Below are positions 23,831-32,000 of a stretch of DNA of 32,000 nucleotides, piece after piece. Position numbers and translations under genes: made by a program. The notes under the pieces were generated by a model. That model had not been told where the DNA came from and made no database searches. It was given only the letters and a program-made list of their open reading frames with translations. Location of the stretch: assembly GCF_000017845.1 (NCBI RefSeq), contig NC_010546.1, positions 1,380,001 through 1,412,000 on the forward strand, read 5' to 3'. The first letter of the stretch is position 1. Every line of letters begins with the position of its first letter. This DNA comes from Crocosphaera subtropica ATCC 51142. GTDB lineage: Bacteria; Cyanobacteriota; Cyanobacteriia; Cyanobacteriales; Microcystaceae.

Positions 23831-25741
23831 ATGAATTTAAGTGATATTACTCATCCCAACCAGCTACATGGTTTATCAAATCGACAACTAGAAGATATTG
23901 CCCGTCAGATTCGAGAAAAGCATTTACAGACCATCGCTGCAAGTGGAGGACATCTAGGACCTGGGTTAGGAGTAGTAGAGTTAACCATTGCTCTTTATCA
24001 AACCCTTGATCTAGATCGAGATAAAGTCATCTGGGATGTGGGTCATCAAGCCTATCCCCATAAGATGTTAACAGGTCGTTATCATCGTTTTCATACCCTA
24101 CGGCAAAAAGACGGCATTGCTGGCTACCTAAAACGTTGTGAAAGTAATTTTGACCATTTCGGGGCCGGACACGCTTCTACAAGCATTTCTGCCGGGCTAG
24201 GGATGGCATTGGCTAGAGATGCAAAAGGAGAAGATTATAAGGTTGTCTCTATCATTGGGGATGGGGCGTTAACCGGTGGCATGGCCTTAGAAGCTATTAA
24301 CCACGCAGGACATTTACCCCATACAAATTTAATGGTGGTGCTAAACGATAATGAAATGTCCATTTCTCCCAATGTGGGGGCTATTTCTCGCTATCTCAAC
24401 AAAGTCCGTCTCAGTGATCCGGTGCAGTTTCTCTCAGACAACCTCGAAGAACAATTTAAGCATTTACCGTTCTTTGGAGAGTCTTTAACCCCAGAAATGG
24501 AACGGGTTAAGGAAGGGATGAAACGCCTAGCTATGCCTAAAGTTGGGGCGGTGATTGAAGAATTGGGCTTTAAGTATTTTGGACCTATCGACGGCCATAA
24601 CTTGGAAGAGTTAATTAGTACCTTCAAACAAGCGCACAAAGCAGGTGGTCCTGTCTTCGTTCATGTGGCCACGGTGAAAGGAAAAGGCTATGAACTCGCA
24701 GAAAAGGATCAGGTGGGCTACCATGCTCAAAGTCCCTTTAATTTAGCAACGGGTAAGGCAATTCCCTCTAATAAACCTAAACCTCCTAGCTATTCCAAAG
24801 TTTTCGCCCATACTTTGACGACCCTGGCGCAAAATGATCCTAAGATTATTGGCATCACTGCAGCGATGGCCACCGGAACCGGACTCGATAAACTTCATGC
24901 TAAACTGCCAAAACAATATATCGATGTCGGTATCGCTGAACAACACGCAGTAACGTTATCGGCCGGTTTAGCTTGTGAAGGAATGCGGCCAGTAGTGGCG
25001 ATTTACTCCACGTTCTTACAACGGGCTTATGATCAAGTGTTACATGATGTGTGTATCCAAAATCTCCCCGTCTTCTTCTGTTTAGACAGGGCTGGTATTG
25101 TCGGGGCCGATGGACCAACCCACCAAGGACTTTACGACATCGCCTATTTACGTTGTATTCCTAATCTAACGATTATGGCCCCGAAAGATGAGGCAGAATT
25201 ACAGCGCATGGTGGTAACTGGCATCAATCATACCGATGGACCGATCGCCATGCGTTATCCTCGCGGTAGTGGTGTGGGTGTTCCCTTGATGGAAGAGGGT
25301 TGGGAACCTGTCTCCATCGGTAAAGGAGAAATTCTTCGCAATGGCGATGATGTGCTTCTGGTTGGTTACGGAACCATGGTTCATCAATCTTTACAAGTGG
25401 CCGAAATTCTCAAGGAACATGGAATTGAAGCAACGGTGGTCAATGCCCGTTTCGTTAAACCGTTGGATACGGAGTTAATTGTGCCATTAGCCCAGCGTAT
25501 TGGTAAAGTCGTCACCTTAGAGGAAGGCTGTTTAATGGGTGGTTTTGGTTCGGCTGTGGCTGAAGCGTTACTGGATCATGACGTAGTGGTTCCGATTAAA
25601 CGGTTTGGGGTTCCTGATAAATTAGTGGATCACGCTAAACCGGATGAGTCAAAGGCTGATTTAGGGTTAACCAGTCCTCAAATTGCTGAGGAAATTCGAC
25701 AACTTTTCTTTAACACACCTCAACCTTCTGCGGTGAGTTAA
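23831..25741 (+). CDS. dxs: 1-deoxy-D-xylulose-5-phosphate synthase
   Basis: 636 aa. '[18 protein letters not shown]', '[16 protein letters not shown]', the TPP motif '[18 protein letters not shown]...NDN', and '[11 protein letters not shown]'. Confidence 0.96.
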   Translation: MNLSDITHPNQLHGLSNRQLEDIARQIREKHLQTIAASGGHLGPGLGVVELTIALYQTLDLDRDKVIWDVGHQAYPHKMLTGRYHRFHTLRQKDGIAGYLKRCESNFDHFGAGHASTSISAGLGMALARDAKGEDYKVVSIIGDGALTGGMALEAINHAGHLPHTNLMVVLNDNEMSISPNVGAISRYLNKVRLSDPVQFLSDNLEEQFKHLPFFGESLTPEMERVKEGMKRLAMPKVGAVIEELGFKYFGPIDGHNLEELISTFKQAHKAGGPVFVHVATVKGKGYELAEKDQVGYHAQSPFNLATGKAIPSNKPKPPSYSKVFAHTLTTLAQNDPKIIGITAAMATGTGLDKLHAKLPKQYIDVGIAEQHAVTLSAGLACEGMRPVVAIYSTFLQRAYDQVLHDVCIQNLPVFFCLDRAGIVGADGPTHQGLYDIAYLRCIPNLTIMAPKDEAELQRMVVTGINHTDGPIAMRYPRGSGVGVPLMEEGWEPVSIGKGEILRNGDDVLLVGYGTMVHQSLQVAEILKEHGIEATVVNARFVKPLDTELIVPLAQRIGKVVTLEEGCLMGGFGSAVAEALLDHDVVVPIKRFGVPDKLVDHAKPDESKADLGLTSPQIAEEIRQLFFNTPQPSAVS

Positions 25742-25756
25742 GGTTAGATAGTATCT

Positions 25757-25784
25757 GTAGGGGGAATTCAGGAATTCTCCCTAC
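25757..25784. terminator. Hairpin between convergent dxs and GT39-like genes (possible bidirectional terminator)
   Basis: gtagggggaattc (25757-25769) pairs with gaattctccctac (25772-25784). 13 bp stem with one mismatch and a 2 nt loop. Flanked by an A-run on the plus strand (25785-25789), which is a T-run for the minus strand. Confidence 0.5.
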
Positions 25785-25792
25785 TAAAAATT

Positions 25793-27595
25793 TTAATCAC
25801 AAAGATATCTTTGATATCCATAACCATCGATATATGGATATTTTTTTGTATCAATTTCACAATTATTTAATTCAACTTCTGCATTAAAGTTGACTGTCCA
25901 AACTTCTAGGGGTTTAGCTAAATTATTAACTGCTTCTTGGAGATTTTTAGTTGATTGCGGATCATTATTTTTTGTTTGATTAATCAATAAGAAAGAAATA
26001 TCATCTAATTCATTTTGATTATTTTGTTGAAATACACCTTCTGCCTCCTTTAACTCTAATGCTATTCCCATCATTTCTCCTATTTGCACCAAACTTTTAT
26101 GGGTAGTAGCAATCAGAACAGGTTGAGATGAATGTTCTTTAATCACTGAGATAAATTGTTCGGGACGATAATATTTTTGATACCCTAAATTAACAAGAAC
26201 TGTGACGGCACCGATAAACCCCATAAACCAAACAGCATAAAAAGCTAATTGACCATTACTGTTTAATTTATCATACAATTTTCTGAGTAAAATTAGGGGA
26301 TTAATTGTTTCTTTTGCTTGCAATTGTCTATTTTCTGGTTTAATTTCATGCCATAAAATCCCTAAACTTGCTCCCACGAGAACGATAACAGCAGGAAAGT
26401 AAGTAAAACTATAACGGGCTGCACGGGTTAAGTCAACGCCGATCACATAAGTAATGATAAGAAATAAAGCAATAACTCCACTGATAAATGTCATTAAAAT
26501 TAATAGGGAAAGACGAAATTGATTGAACTGTAATCCCTTTTTAATCCCTCGAATACTATAAGGGATGAACCAAATAAAGAATAATAGTAGGAGCAAACCA
26601 GAAAGAATAACAATAGCAATAGAATCAGATTCAACTGGTAATAAAGAAATCATAGGAACCCAAACCGCTAATAATTGGAATGGGGGACTAATGGCATACA
26701 AAATATGACTCAAAGGATGAATCCAAGTGATCATATTGTTACCGTAACCTTGAGGAATTACTAAAAACATCCAAACTAACCCTGTAGTTGATGTTCCTAA
26801 AATAACGGCGAAAACACGGATTAAATTTCGTTTATTGAATTGTAAAAAATTGTGTTTAAATTTAGCGTAAATAAGAATAGCTAAAGTGATAGCTTCTGCC
26901 ATGAGGGTTAAAACAAAAAAATAATGAACCGATAACCCAAAACTATTAACCAATATCCAGGTAATAACTAACCATAAAGGAATAATTGATTGTTCATAAA
27001 GATGTCTAACGACAATAATTAAACAGAGTAAAGAAGCAATAACAAATAAAATAGCTAATGTATAGTGACGGGCTTCTTGTGCCAAAAAAATCCCAAAAGG
27101 AGAAACCGCCATTAAAGCTGCGCTAATTTGTCCCACTAAACGAGAACGAAAGGCAATTTTTCCTAAAAAATAGACCCCCGGAATGGATAAAATACCTAAA
27201 AAAGCCGGAAGCGATCGCATAACCCAAACATCTGCATATTCCCCCATATTAGGAAATAATTTAACCCACAAATGAACTAAAACAAAATACAAAGGAGGAT
27301 GATTATCTTCCTGTAACAACAAAGAAACAACATCCTTTATCCCTGCGTCCCCATTAATACGAAGCGGTTGCAAAAGGGTATCCAATGAAATAACCTGATT
27401 CAGAGGAACTGAGCGAAAATCATTTCCTAAACTAAACACCATTGTGGCAAATTCGTCAGTCCAAGGGGGTTTAGCGGCCAAATTTGTAAAGCGGAGAAGA
27501 CCACCAATAATTACCCACACACTTAATAATACCCAATCATTGACCTGGGATAACTGGTTTATCCACTGTTTAGAAGACGATTGAAGTTTTAACAC
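25793..27595 (-). CDS. GT-C fold glycosyltransferase (family 39 / ArnT-PMT-like) with C-terminal soluble domain
   Basis: 600 aa with about 11-13 TM segments. The first extracytoplasmic loop carries the acidic 'PPWTDEFAT' motif, followed by 'DNHPPLYFVLVHLW', as in ArnT/PMT-type enzymes. GTG start at 27595-27593. Confidence 0.7.
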   Translation of the reverse strand: MLKLQSSSKQWINQLSQVNDWVLLSVWVIIGGLLRFTNLAAKPPWTDEFATMVFSLGNDFRSVPLNQVISLDTLLQPLRINGDAGIKDVVSLLLQEDNHPPLYFVLVHLWVKLFPNMGEYADVWVMRSLPAFLGILSIPGVYFLGKIAFRSRLVGQISAALMAVSPFGIFLAQEARHYTLAILFVIASLLCLIIVVRHLYEQSIIPLWLVITWILVNSFGLSVHYFFVLTLMAEAITLAILIYAKFKHNFLQFNKRNLIRVFAVILGTSTTGLVWMFLVIPQGYGNNMITWIHPLSHILYAISPPFQLLAVWVPMISLLPVESDSIAIVILSGLLLLLFFIWFIPYSIRGIKKGLQFNQFRLSLLILMTFISGVIALFLIITYVIGVDLTRAARYSFTYFPAVIVLVGASLGILWHEIKPENRQLQAKETINPLILLRKLYDKLNSNGQLAFYAVWFMGFIGAVTVLVNLGYQKYYRPEQFISVIKEHSSQPVLIATTHKSLVQIGEMMGIALELKEAEGVFQQNNQNELDDISFLLINQTKNNDPQSTKNLQEAVNNLAKPLEVWTVNFNAEVELNNCEIDTKKYPYIDGYGYQRYLCD

Positions 27596-27644
27596 AGAAA
27601 ATCCTCACAACCAAACTTTAAATAAAATAACCTAAATTTAAACA

Positions 27645-29489
27645 ATGCAGCTTATAGATTGGATTATTATCTTAATTTATCTCTTTGGGACGATGGCTTT
27701 AGGCTTATTGTTGTCCCATCAAGAGACGGATACCTATGACGAAGACGATGAACCCAAAAGTTTAGTTAATAACCTCCTTGCTGGCAGAAACCTCCCTTGG
27801 TGGTTAGCCGGAACCAGTATGGCCGCTACGACTTTTTCTATCGACACTCCTTTATACATTTGTGGTGTGGTAGCCTCTAGGGGAATTGCCGGAAACTGGG
27901 AATGGTGGAGTTTTGGCATTGCCCATATTGTCCTCATTTACGTCTTTGCCGGGCTATGGAGGCGGTCGGAAATGGTCACGGACGCTGAATTAACAGAATT
28001 ACGTTACAGTGGGTCCACAGCAGCCCTTTTACGGGGAATCAAAGCCTTTTTATTCGCTGTTCCTATCAACTGTATTGGTATTGGTTACGCCATGTTAGCT
28101 ATGGTTAAGGTGGTGGATGCGTTAAATTTATGGCAAAGTTTGGGGTTTGATCCTGGAGAAGCCACTAAACTGTGGACTGTGATTGCTTTAAGTATATTTG
28201 TCCTCATTTATACAGGGGTTTCGGGACTTTGGGGTGTGGTTGTTACGGACTTTTTTCAATTTTTCTTAGGACTGTTTGGGGCGACATTGGTAGCAATTAT
28301 TGCGGTGAATGATGCAGGAGGAATACACCAATTAATCCCTGATGTTCAAGAAATCACTAATTTTGATGTTTTATCGTTTATTCCTATTAGTCATAATGGG
28401 GGTTTAAGCTTTACTTGGAATGATGCTGCTGGTATTACAGCGACTACATTTTCAGCTTATCTATTTGTGCAATGGTGGTCGTTTCGTCGTAGCGATGGCG
28501 GTGGGGAATTTGTTCAAAGGTTATTAGCGGTTAAAGGAGAAACGGAAGAAGCTGCGAAAAAAGAAGCAGAAAAAGCCACTTGGTTTTTTAACATTCTGAA
28601 CTACATTGTTAGGACTTGGCCATGGATTGTTACGGCATTAGCTGCGATGGTTTTATTACCAAATTTAGAAGATGCTGAACTGGCTTATCCTACCCTGATG
28701 TTAACTTATTTACCTTCAGTGGTTTTAGGGTTAGTGGTAGCGTCTTTAATTGCTGCTTTTATGAGTACCATTTCTACATCGATTAATTGGGGGGCTTCTT
28801 ATTTAACTAATGATTTATATCGTCGTTTTTTACGTCCCCAAGCGACTGATCAAGAGTTAACCAATGCAGTAAGATTAGCATCGGTTTTAGTGACAGTTTT
28901 AGGATCAATTGCTGCGTTTTATGCCACGGATGTTCGTACGGTATTCCGATTAGTGATTGCCATTGGAACAGGTCCAGGACTGGTTTTAATTTTACGCTGG
29001 TTTTGGTGGCGAATTAATGCAGCAGCAGAGTTATCAGCAATGGTTACAGGGTTTTTTATTGGATTAATAACCACTATTAATCCTGACATTAATAACATTT
29101 TCCCTGACTTTGGTTTCCGATTATTAGCCATTTCTGTTCTGACAGCAGTGGTATGGATAACAGTTATGTATTTAACCCCTCCTGAAGACGAAGAAACCCT
29201 CTTAAATTTTTACACAAAAGTTCGTCCTGGGGGCATCGGTTGGCAACGTCAACAATATAAAACAGGCTTACAACCAGCACAGAATTTGAAGAATGATGTC
29301 TTAAAAGTATTAGCAGCCATTTTAGTGATGTTTGGCATTATGTTCGCCATTGGTGGCTTTTTATTGCTACAATCTATTACTGGTTTTGTATCATTAACCA
29401 TTGCTGTGATTGGAGGATTTTGGTTACGGAAGTTAAATAAGAAAAAGGTTTTACCTATAGCCAGACCAGGGTTAGATGATATTTATTAA
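27645..29489 (+). CDS. Sodium:solute symporter (SSS) family transporter
   Basis: 614 aa polytopic protein. 'LAGRNLPWWLAGTSMAATTFSIDTPL' is the characteristic SSS N-terminal motif. Substrate unknown. Confidence 0.85.
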   Translation: MQLIDWIIILIYLFGTMALGLLLSHQETDTYDEDDEPKSLVNNLLAGRNLPWWLAGTSMAATTFSIDTPLYICGVVASRGIAGNWEWWSFGIAHIVLIYVFAGLWRRSEMVTDAELTELRYSGSTAALLRGIKAFLFAVPINCIGIGYAMLAMVKVVDALNLWQSLGFDPGEATKLWTVIALSIFVLIYTGVSGLWGVVVTDFFQFFLGLFGATLVAIIAVNDAGGIHQLIPDVQEITNFDVLSFIPISHNGGLSFTWNDAAGITATTFSAYLFVQWWSFRRSDGGGEFVQRLLAVKGETEEAAKKEAEKATWFFNILNYIVRTWPWIVTALAAMVLLPNLEDAELAYPTLMLTYLPSVVLGLVVASLIAAFMSTISTSINWGASYLTNDLYRRFLRPQATDQELTNAVRLASVLVTVLGSIAAFYATDVRTVFRLVIAIGTGPGLVLILRWFWWRINAAAELSAMVTGFFIGLITTINPDINNIFPDFGFRLLAISVLTAVVWITVMYLTPPEDEETLLNFYTKVRPGGIGWQRQQYKTGLQPAQNLKNDVLKVLAAILVMFGIMFAIGGFLLLQSITGFVSLTIAVIGGFWLRKLNKKKVLPIARPGLDDIY

Positions 29490-29571
29490 ATGTTAAAATG
29501 ATAATCAGGGGATAGTTTTATTTTTCCCTGACATTTAATAAACCCTTATAAATAATTTTTTTATTGATGAT

Positions 29572-30150
29572 ATGCAAACCATACAAACTCCCCAACAACT
29601 TCGTCTATGGACTGTTAAAGAATATCATTATCTCACTAAAATCGGGGTATTGCATCCAACGGAAAAATTAGAATTATTAGAAGGACAAATTGTTCGTATG
29701 GCAGCTAAAGGAACTTCTCATACAGTTGCAACAAGACGAACTGCGAAACTGTTAGAAAATTTGCTAAATAATCAAGCTGCTATTTATACGCAAGATCCCA
29801 TTACTTTAAATGATTATTCAGAACCTGAACCCGATATTATTGTGGTGATTCCTGACTCCTTAGATTATTTTGAACATCATCCAAAACCTTCAGATATTCA
29901 TTTAATTATTGAAGTTGCTGATAGTAGTTTAGAGTATGATTTAACCATCAAATCTGAAGCTTATGCTAAGTCAAATATTAAAGAGTATTGGGTATTAGAT
30001 GTTAATGAAAGACAGTTACACATTTTTCGTCAACCCACTTCAGAAGGATATAAAAATTGCTTTATCTTAACAGAAGAAGAAGAGATTAATTTATCACACT
30101 TTTCTCAGATTCGTTTATCAATTCAAGCTATGTTACCACCCAAAATCTAA
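29572..30150 (+). CDS. Uma2-family (DUF820) PD-(D/E)xK endonuclease-like protein
   Basis: 192 aa. 'WTVKEYHYLTKIGVL', 'ELLEGQIV', 'EPEPDIIVV', 'IIEVADSSLEYDLTIKSEAYAKSNIKEYWVLD' give the typical Uma2 motif order. Confidence 0.8.
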   Translation: MQTIQTPQQLRLWTVKEYHYLTKIGVLHPTEKLELLEGQIVRMAAKGTSHTVATRRTAKLLENLLNNQAAIYTQDPITLNDYSEPEPDIIVVIPDSLDYFEHHPKPSDIHLIIEVADSSLEYDLTIKSEAYAKSNIKEYWVLDVNERQLHIFRQPTSEGYKNCFILTEEEEINLSHFSQIRLSIQAMLPPKI

Positions 30151-30157
30151 AGAAAAC

Positions 30158-30799
30158 TTATGTTATTGTTTGCTTTACCCATTGTCTAAACTGTTTTAAA
30201 GCTTTTGCGCTACCTATTGTTTGGGCTATTTTTAAAGTTTCTGGGATTTTTTGAATAAGATTAAATTGTGGAAATAGATAACTTTGATCTTTGATAATAT
30301 ATCGACCACCTTGTAAAATATTAATCTCTAATCTTTGTCCATTATATCGCCATAGTTCAGGAACTCCTAACGCTTCATAATTATTAAATAAAGTACGATT
30401 AGTTATATCAATTTCAATCGCTAAATCAGGAGGTGGATCGTTATCTAAATTGATTCTTTCTTTGCCTCGAATTTTTGTACAATTATCAATGTAAAAAGAC
30501 TCATCAGGTTCACCCCCTTGATCCATTATTTGACTTTTGAAAGTTGTTGATCCGGCTGCTTCATAATCTAAGTTTAATTCATCCAGAAGAATTCTAATTA
30601 AATCCCCTATTAAAACCTTAGTATTTTCATGAATAAATAAAGGGGTCATAATTTCTAAAGTACCCTGACTATAGGATAAACGAATACTTCGATGTTCTCC
30701 TAATTCTTCTAAAATTTCCTCATAATCTTGCCATTTTAAGGCAGTTAATATTAAGCGATCGCCGGGAGGTATTTCTAATTGTTTTAAAGTCAATAACAT
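30158..30799 (-). CDS. Uma2-family endonuclease-like protein (second subtype)
   Basis: 213 aa. 'EPDESFYI', 'PPPDLAIEIDITNRT' and 'YEALGVPELWRYNGQRLEI' are typical of the second cyanobacterial Uma2 subgroup. Confidence 0.75.
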   Translation of the reverse strand: MLLTLKQLEIPPGDRLILTALKWQDYEEILEELGEHRSIRLSYSQGTLEIMTPLFIHENTKVLIGDLIRILLDELNLDYEAAGSTTFKSQIMDQGGEPDESFYIDNCTKIRGKERINLDNDPPPDLAIEIDITNRTLFNNYEALGVPELWRYNGQRLEINILQGGRYIIKDQSYLFPQFNLIQKIPETLKIAQTIGSAKALKQFRQWVKQTIT

Positions 30800-30932
30800 G
30801 ATTTTTTTATTTTATTCTAATAACCAATCAAATATATCTTTAACAGTAAGATTTATTTCTTTAGCAAAAGATGGCACAGGAAGTCTTAAATCTAGCTGAT
30901 CAAATACCGCTGTTTCATTATTGCAACTAACT

Positions 30933-32000
30933 TTAATTAAACAGTTCTTTAACAGCCATTGCCACTTGTTGCATTTGTTCTTCTGTTAATGCTAACCCAC
31001 TAGGAATATAAAACCCTCGACGGGATAATCTTTCTGACACTGGACAAGAAACGTCTTTTAATAATCCCATTTTATGGAATACCGGCTGTTCGTGCATCCC
31101 CCAGAAAAAGGGACGAGTCCCTATGCTTTTCTTCCGTAACCGTTCCATTGCTTCTGCTGCATCAAAGGGAACTTCATCTTTTAAAACCATCCCATAAACC
31201 CAATAAATATTATCTGCATAATCGGTTTTAACTAAGGGTAATTCTAATTGAGGAATATCTGATAAGAGTTCAGTATAAATTGCCCCCATTTTGCGCTTTC
31301 GTTGCACAAATTCTGGTAATCTTTCTAATTGTGCTAACCCTACCGCAGCTTGTAAGTTTGTAAAGCGAAAATTCCAGCCTAATTCTTCATGAATAAATCG
31401 TCTTTGAGGTTGAAAACAAAGGTTTCGTAAGGAGCGACATTTTTCCGCTAAACTATCATCATCGGTGACAATCATTCCTCCTTCTCCTGTGGTAACGTGC
31501 TTGTTAGGATAGAAGCTGAAGGTACTAATATCCCCAAAACCACCGCAAGGTTGACCCCTGTAAGTTTGTCCGTGCATTTCTGCTGCATCTTCGATAATTT
31601 TTAAGCCATGTTTCTTGGCAATTTCTAACACAGGTTTCATATCAACTGGTAGGCCATATATATGCACCACCATAATCGCTTTTGTCTTGGGGGTAATTTT
31701 AGCTTCTATTTGATTAACATCCATATTCCAGGTAACGGGGTCACAGTCTACTACTATTGGAATACCTCCCGCCCTGACAATAGCTGCACCACAGGATATG
31801 ATAGTAAACGTGGGTAAAATGACTTCATCCCCTGCTTGGATGTTTAAAGCAACCACAGCAGCATCTAAAGCAACAGAACCATTACAGACAGTAATGGCGT
31901 GTTTTCTACCAACGGTTTGAGCAAATTCTGCTTCAAACTTTTTCACAAAAGGCCCTTCTGAAGAAATCCACCCCGTATCAATGCATTCGTTTAAATATTT
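30933..32000 (-). CDS. DegT/DnrJ/EryC1/StrS-family PLP-dependent sugar aminotransferase, N-terminus beyond window
   Basis: 'CNGSVALDAAVVAL', 'DAAEMHG', and 'FSFYPNKHVTTGEGGMIVTDD' (catalytic Lys in 'PNKH'). The frame stays open upstream of the track's GTG (31946) to position 32000 and reads ...KYLNECIDTGWISSEGPFVKKFE, the conserved DegT N-terminal region. The gene is therefore truncated by the window. Confidence 0.88.
   Translation of the reverse strand, partial: KYLNECIDTGWISSEGPFVKKFEAEFAQTVGRKHAITVCNGSVALDAAVVALNIQAGDEVILPTFTIISCGAAIVRAGGIPIVVDCDPVTWNMDVNQIEAKITPKTKAIMVVHIYGLPVDMKPVLEIAKKHGLKIIEDAAEMHGQTYRGQPCGGFGDISTFSFYPNKHVTTGEGGMIVTDDDSLAEKCRSLRNLCFQPQRRFIHEELGWNFRFTNLQAAVGLAQLERLPEFVQRKRKMGAIYTELLSDIPQLELPLVKTDYADNIYWVYGMVLKDEVPFDAAEAMERLRKKSIGTRPFFWGMHEQPVFHKMGLLKDVSCPVSERLSRRGFYIPSGLALTEEQMQQVAMAVKELFN

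Noticed and set aside
24391-25387. Four minus-strand ORFs (62-82 aa) inside dxs, and likewise 27734-27937 and 28919-29131 inside the SSS gene
   Set aside because: They are antisense to confidently identified genes and give Arg/Ser-rich translations.
30813-30931. 40-codon open frame between the DegT and Uma2 genes (...DLRLPVPSFAKEINLTVKDIFDWLLE*)
   Set aside because: No plausible start codon, and it is out of frame with DegT. It could be a gene remnant, but there is too little evidence to call a pseudogene.
31944-31946. GTG start for the DegT-family gene as given in the ORF track
   Set aside because: The frame remains open to the window edge. The upstream residues (ECIDTGWISSEGPFV) are part of the conserved DegT N-terminal region, so the gene is truncated rather than starting here.
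1-32000. CRISPR arrays, tRNA/rRNA genes, IS elements or integrases
   Set aside because: I scanned every intergenic region longer than 40 bp. I found no regularly spaced direct repeats, no cloverleaf-compatible sequences and no transposase-like ORFs.

Overview
This is a cyanobacterial chromosomal segment. The evidence is petB-petD, cpcT, and 13 perfect copies of the HIP1 octamer GCGATCGC. The AT-rich composition suggests a unicellular Cyanothece/Crocosphaera-like organism, but that is inference only. Housekeeping genes are queC, cpcT, aroK, petB-petD, TRAP dctQM, hrcA, a rhodanese gene, rplU-rpmA and dxs. They flank a roughly 12.6 kb accessory-looking block at 11.2-23.8 kb. That block holds a minus-strand glycosyltransferase operon: a GT10 fucosyltransferase-like gene plus two tandem paralogous GT-A-like genes. 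Divergent from it is an orphan periplasmic sugar-type solute-binding protein, translationally coupled to a membrane HAMP-PAS-GGDEF-EAL protein. Convergent on that pair is a two-gene operon: a leaderless S8 subtilase carrying three lectin-like repeats, followed by a heparinase II/III-like polysaccharide-lyase-like protein. Downstream of dxs lie a GT-C (GT39/ArnT-like) glycosyltransferase, a sodium:solute symporter, two convergent Uma2-family endonuclease genes and a truncated DegT-family aminotransferase. A truncated sulfotransferase-like gene sits at the left edge. I saw no rRNA, tRNA, CRISPR array, transposase or integrase. Intergenic regions carry STRR-like heptamer repeats (CAGTNNN), two small inverted-repeat-flanked G/A-rich tandem-repeat elements, and several hairpin terminators. 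The best candidate for an undescribed system is the binding-protein-coupled c-di-GMP module together with the flanking glycan-synthesis and secreted protease/lyase operons. All functional calls come from motif recognition in the translated ORFs. No database search was possible.
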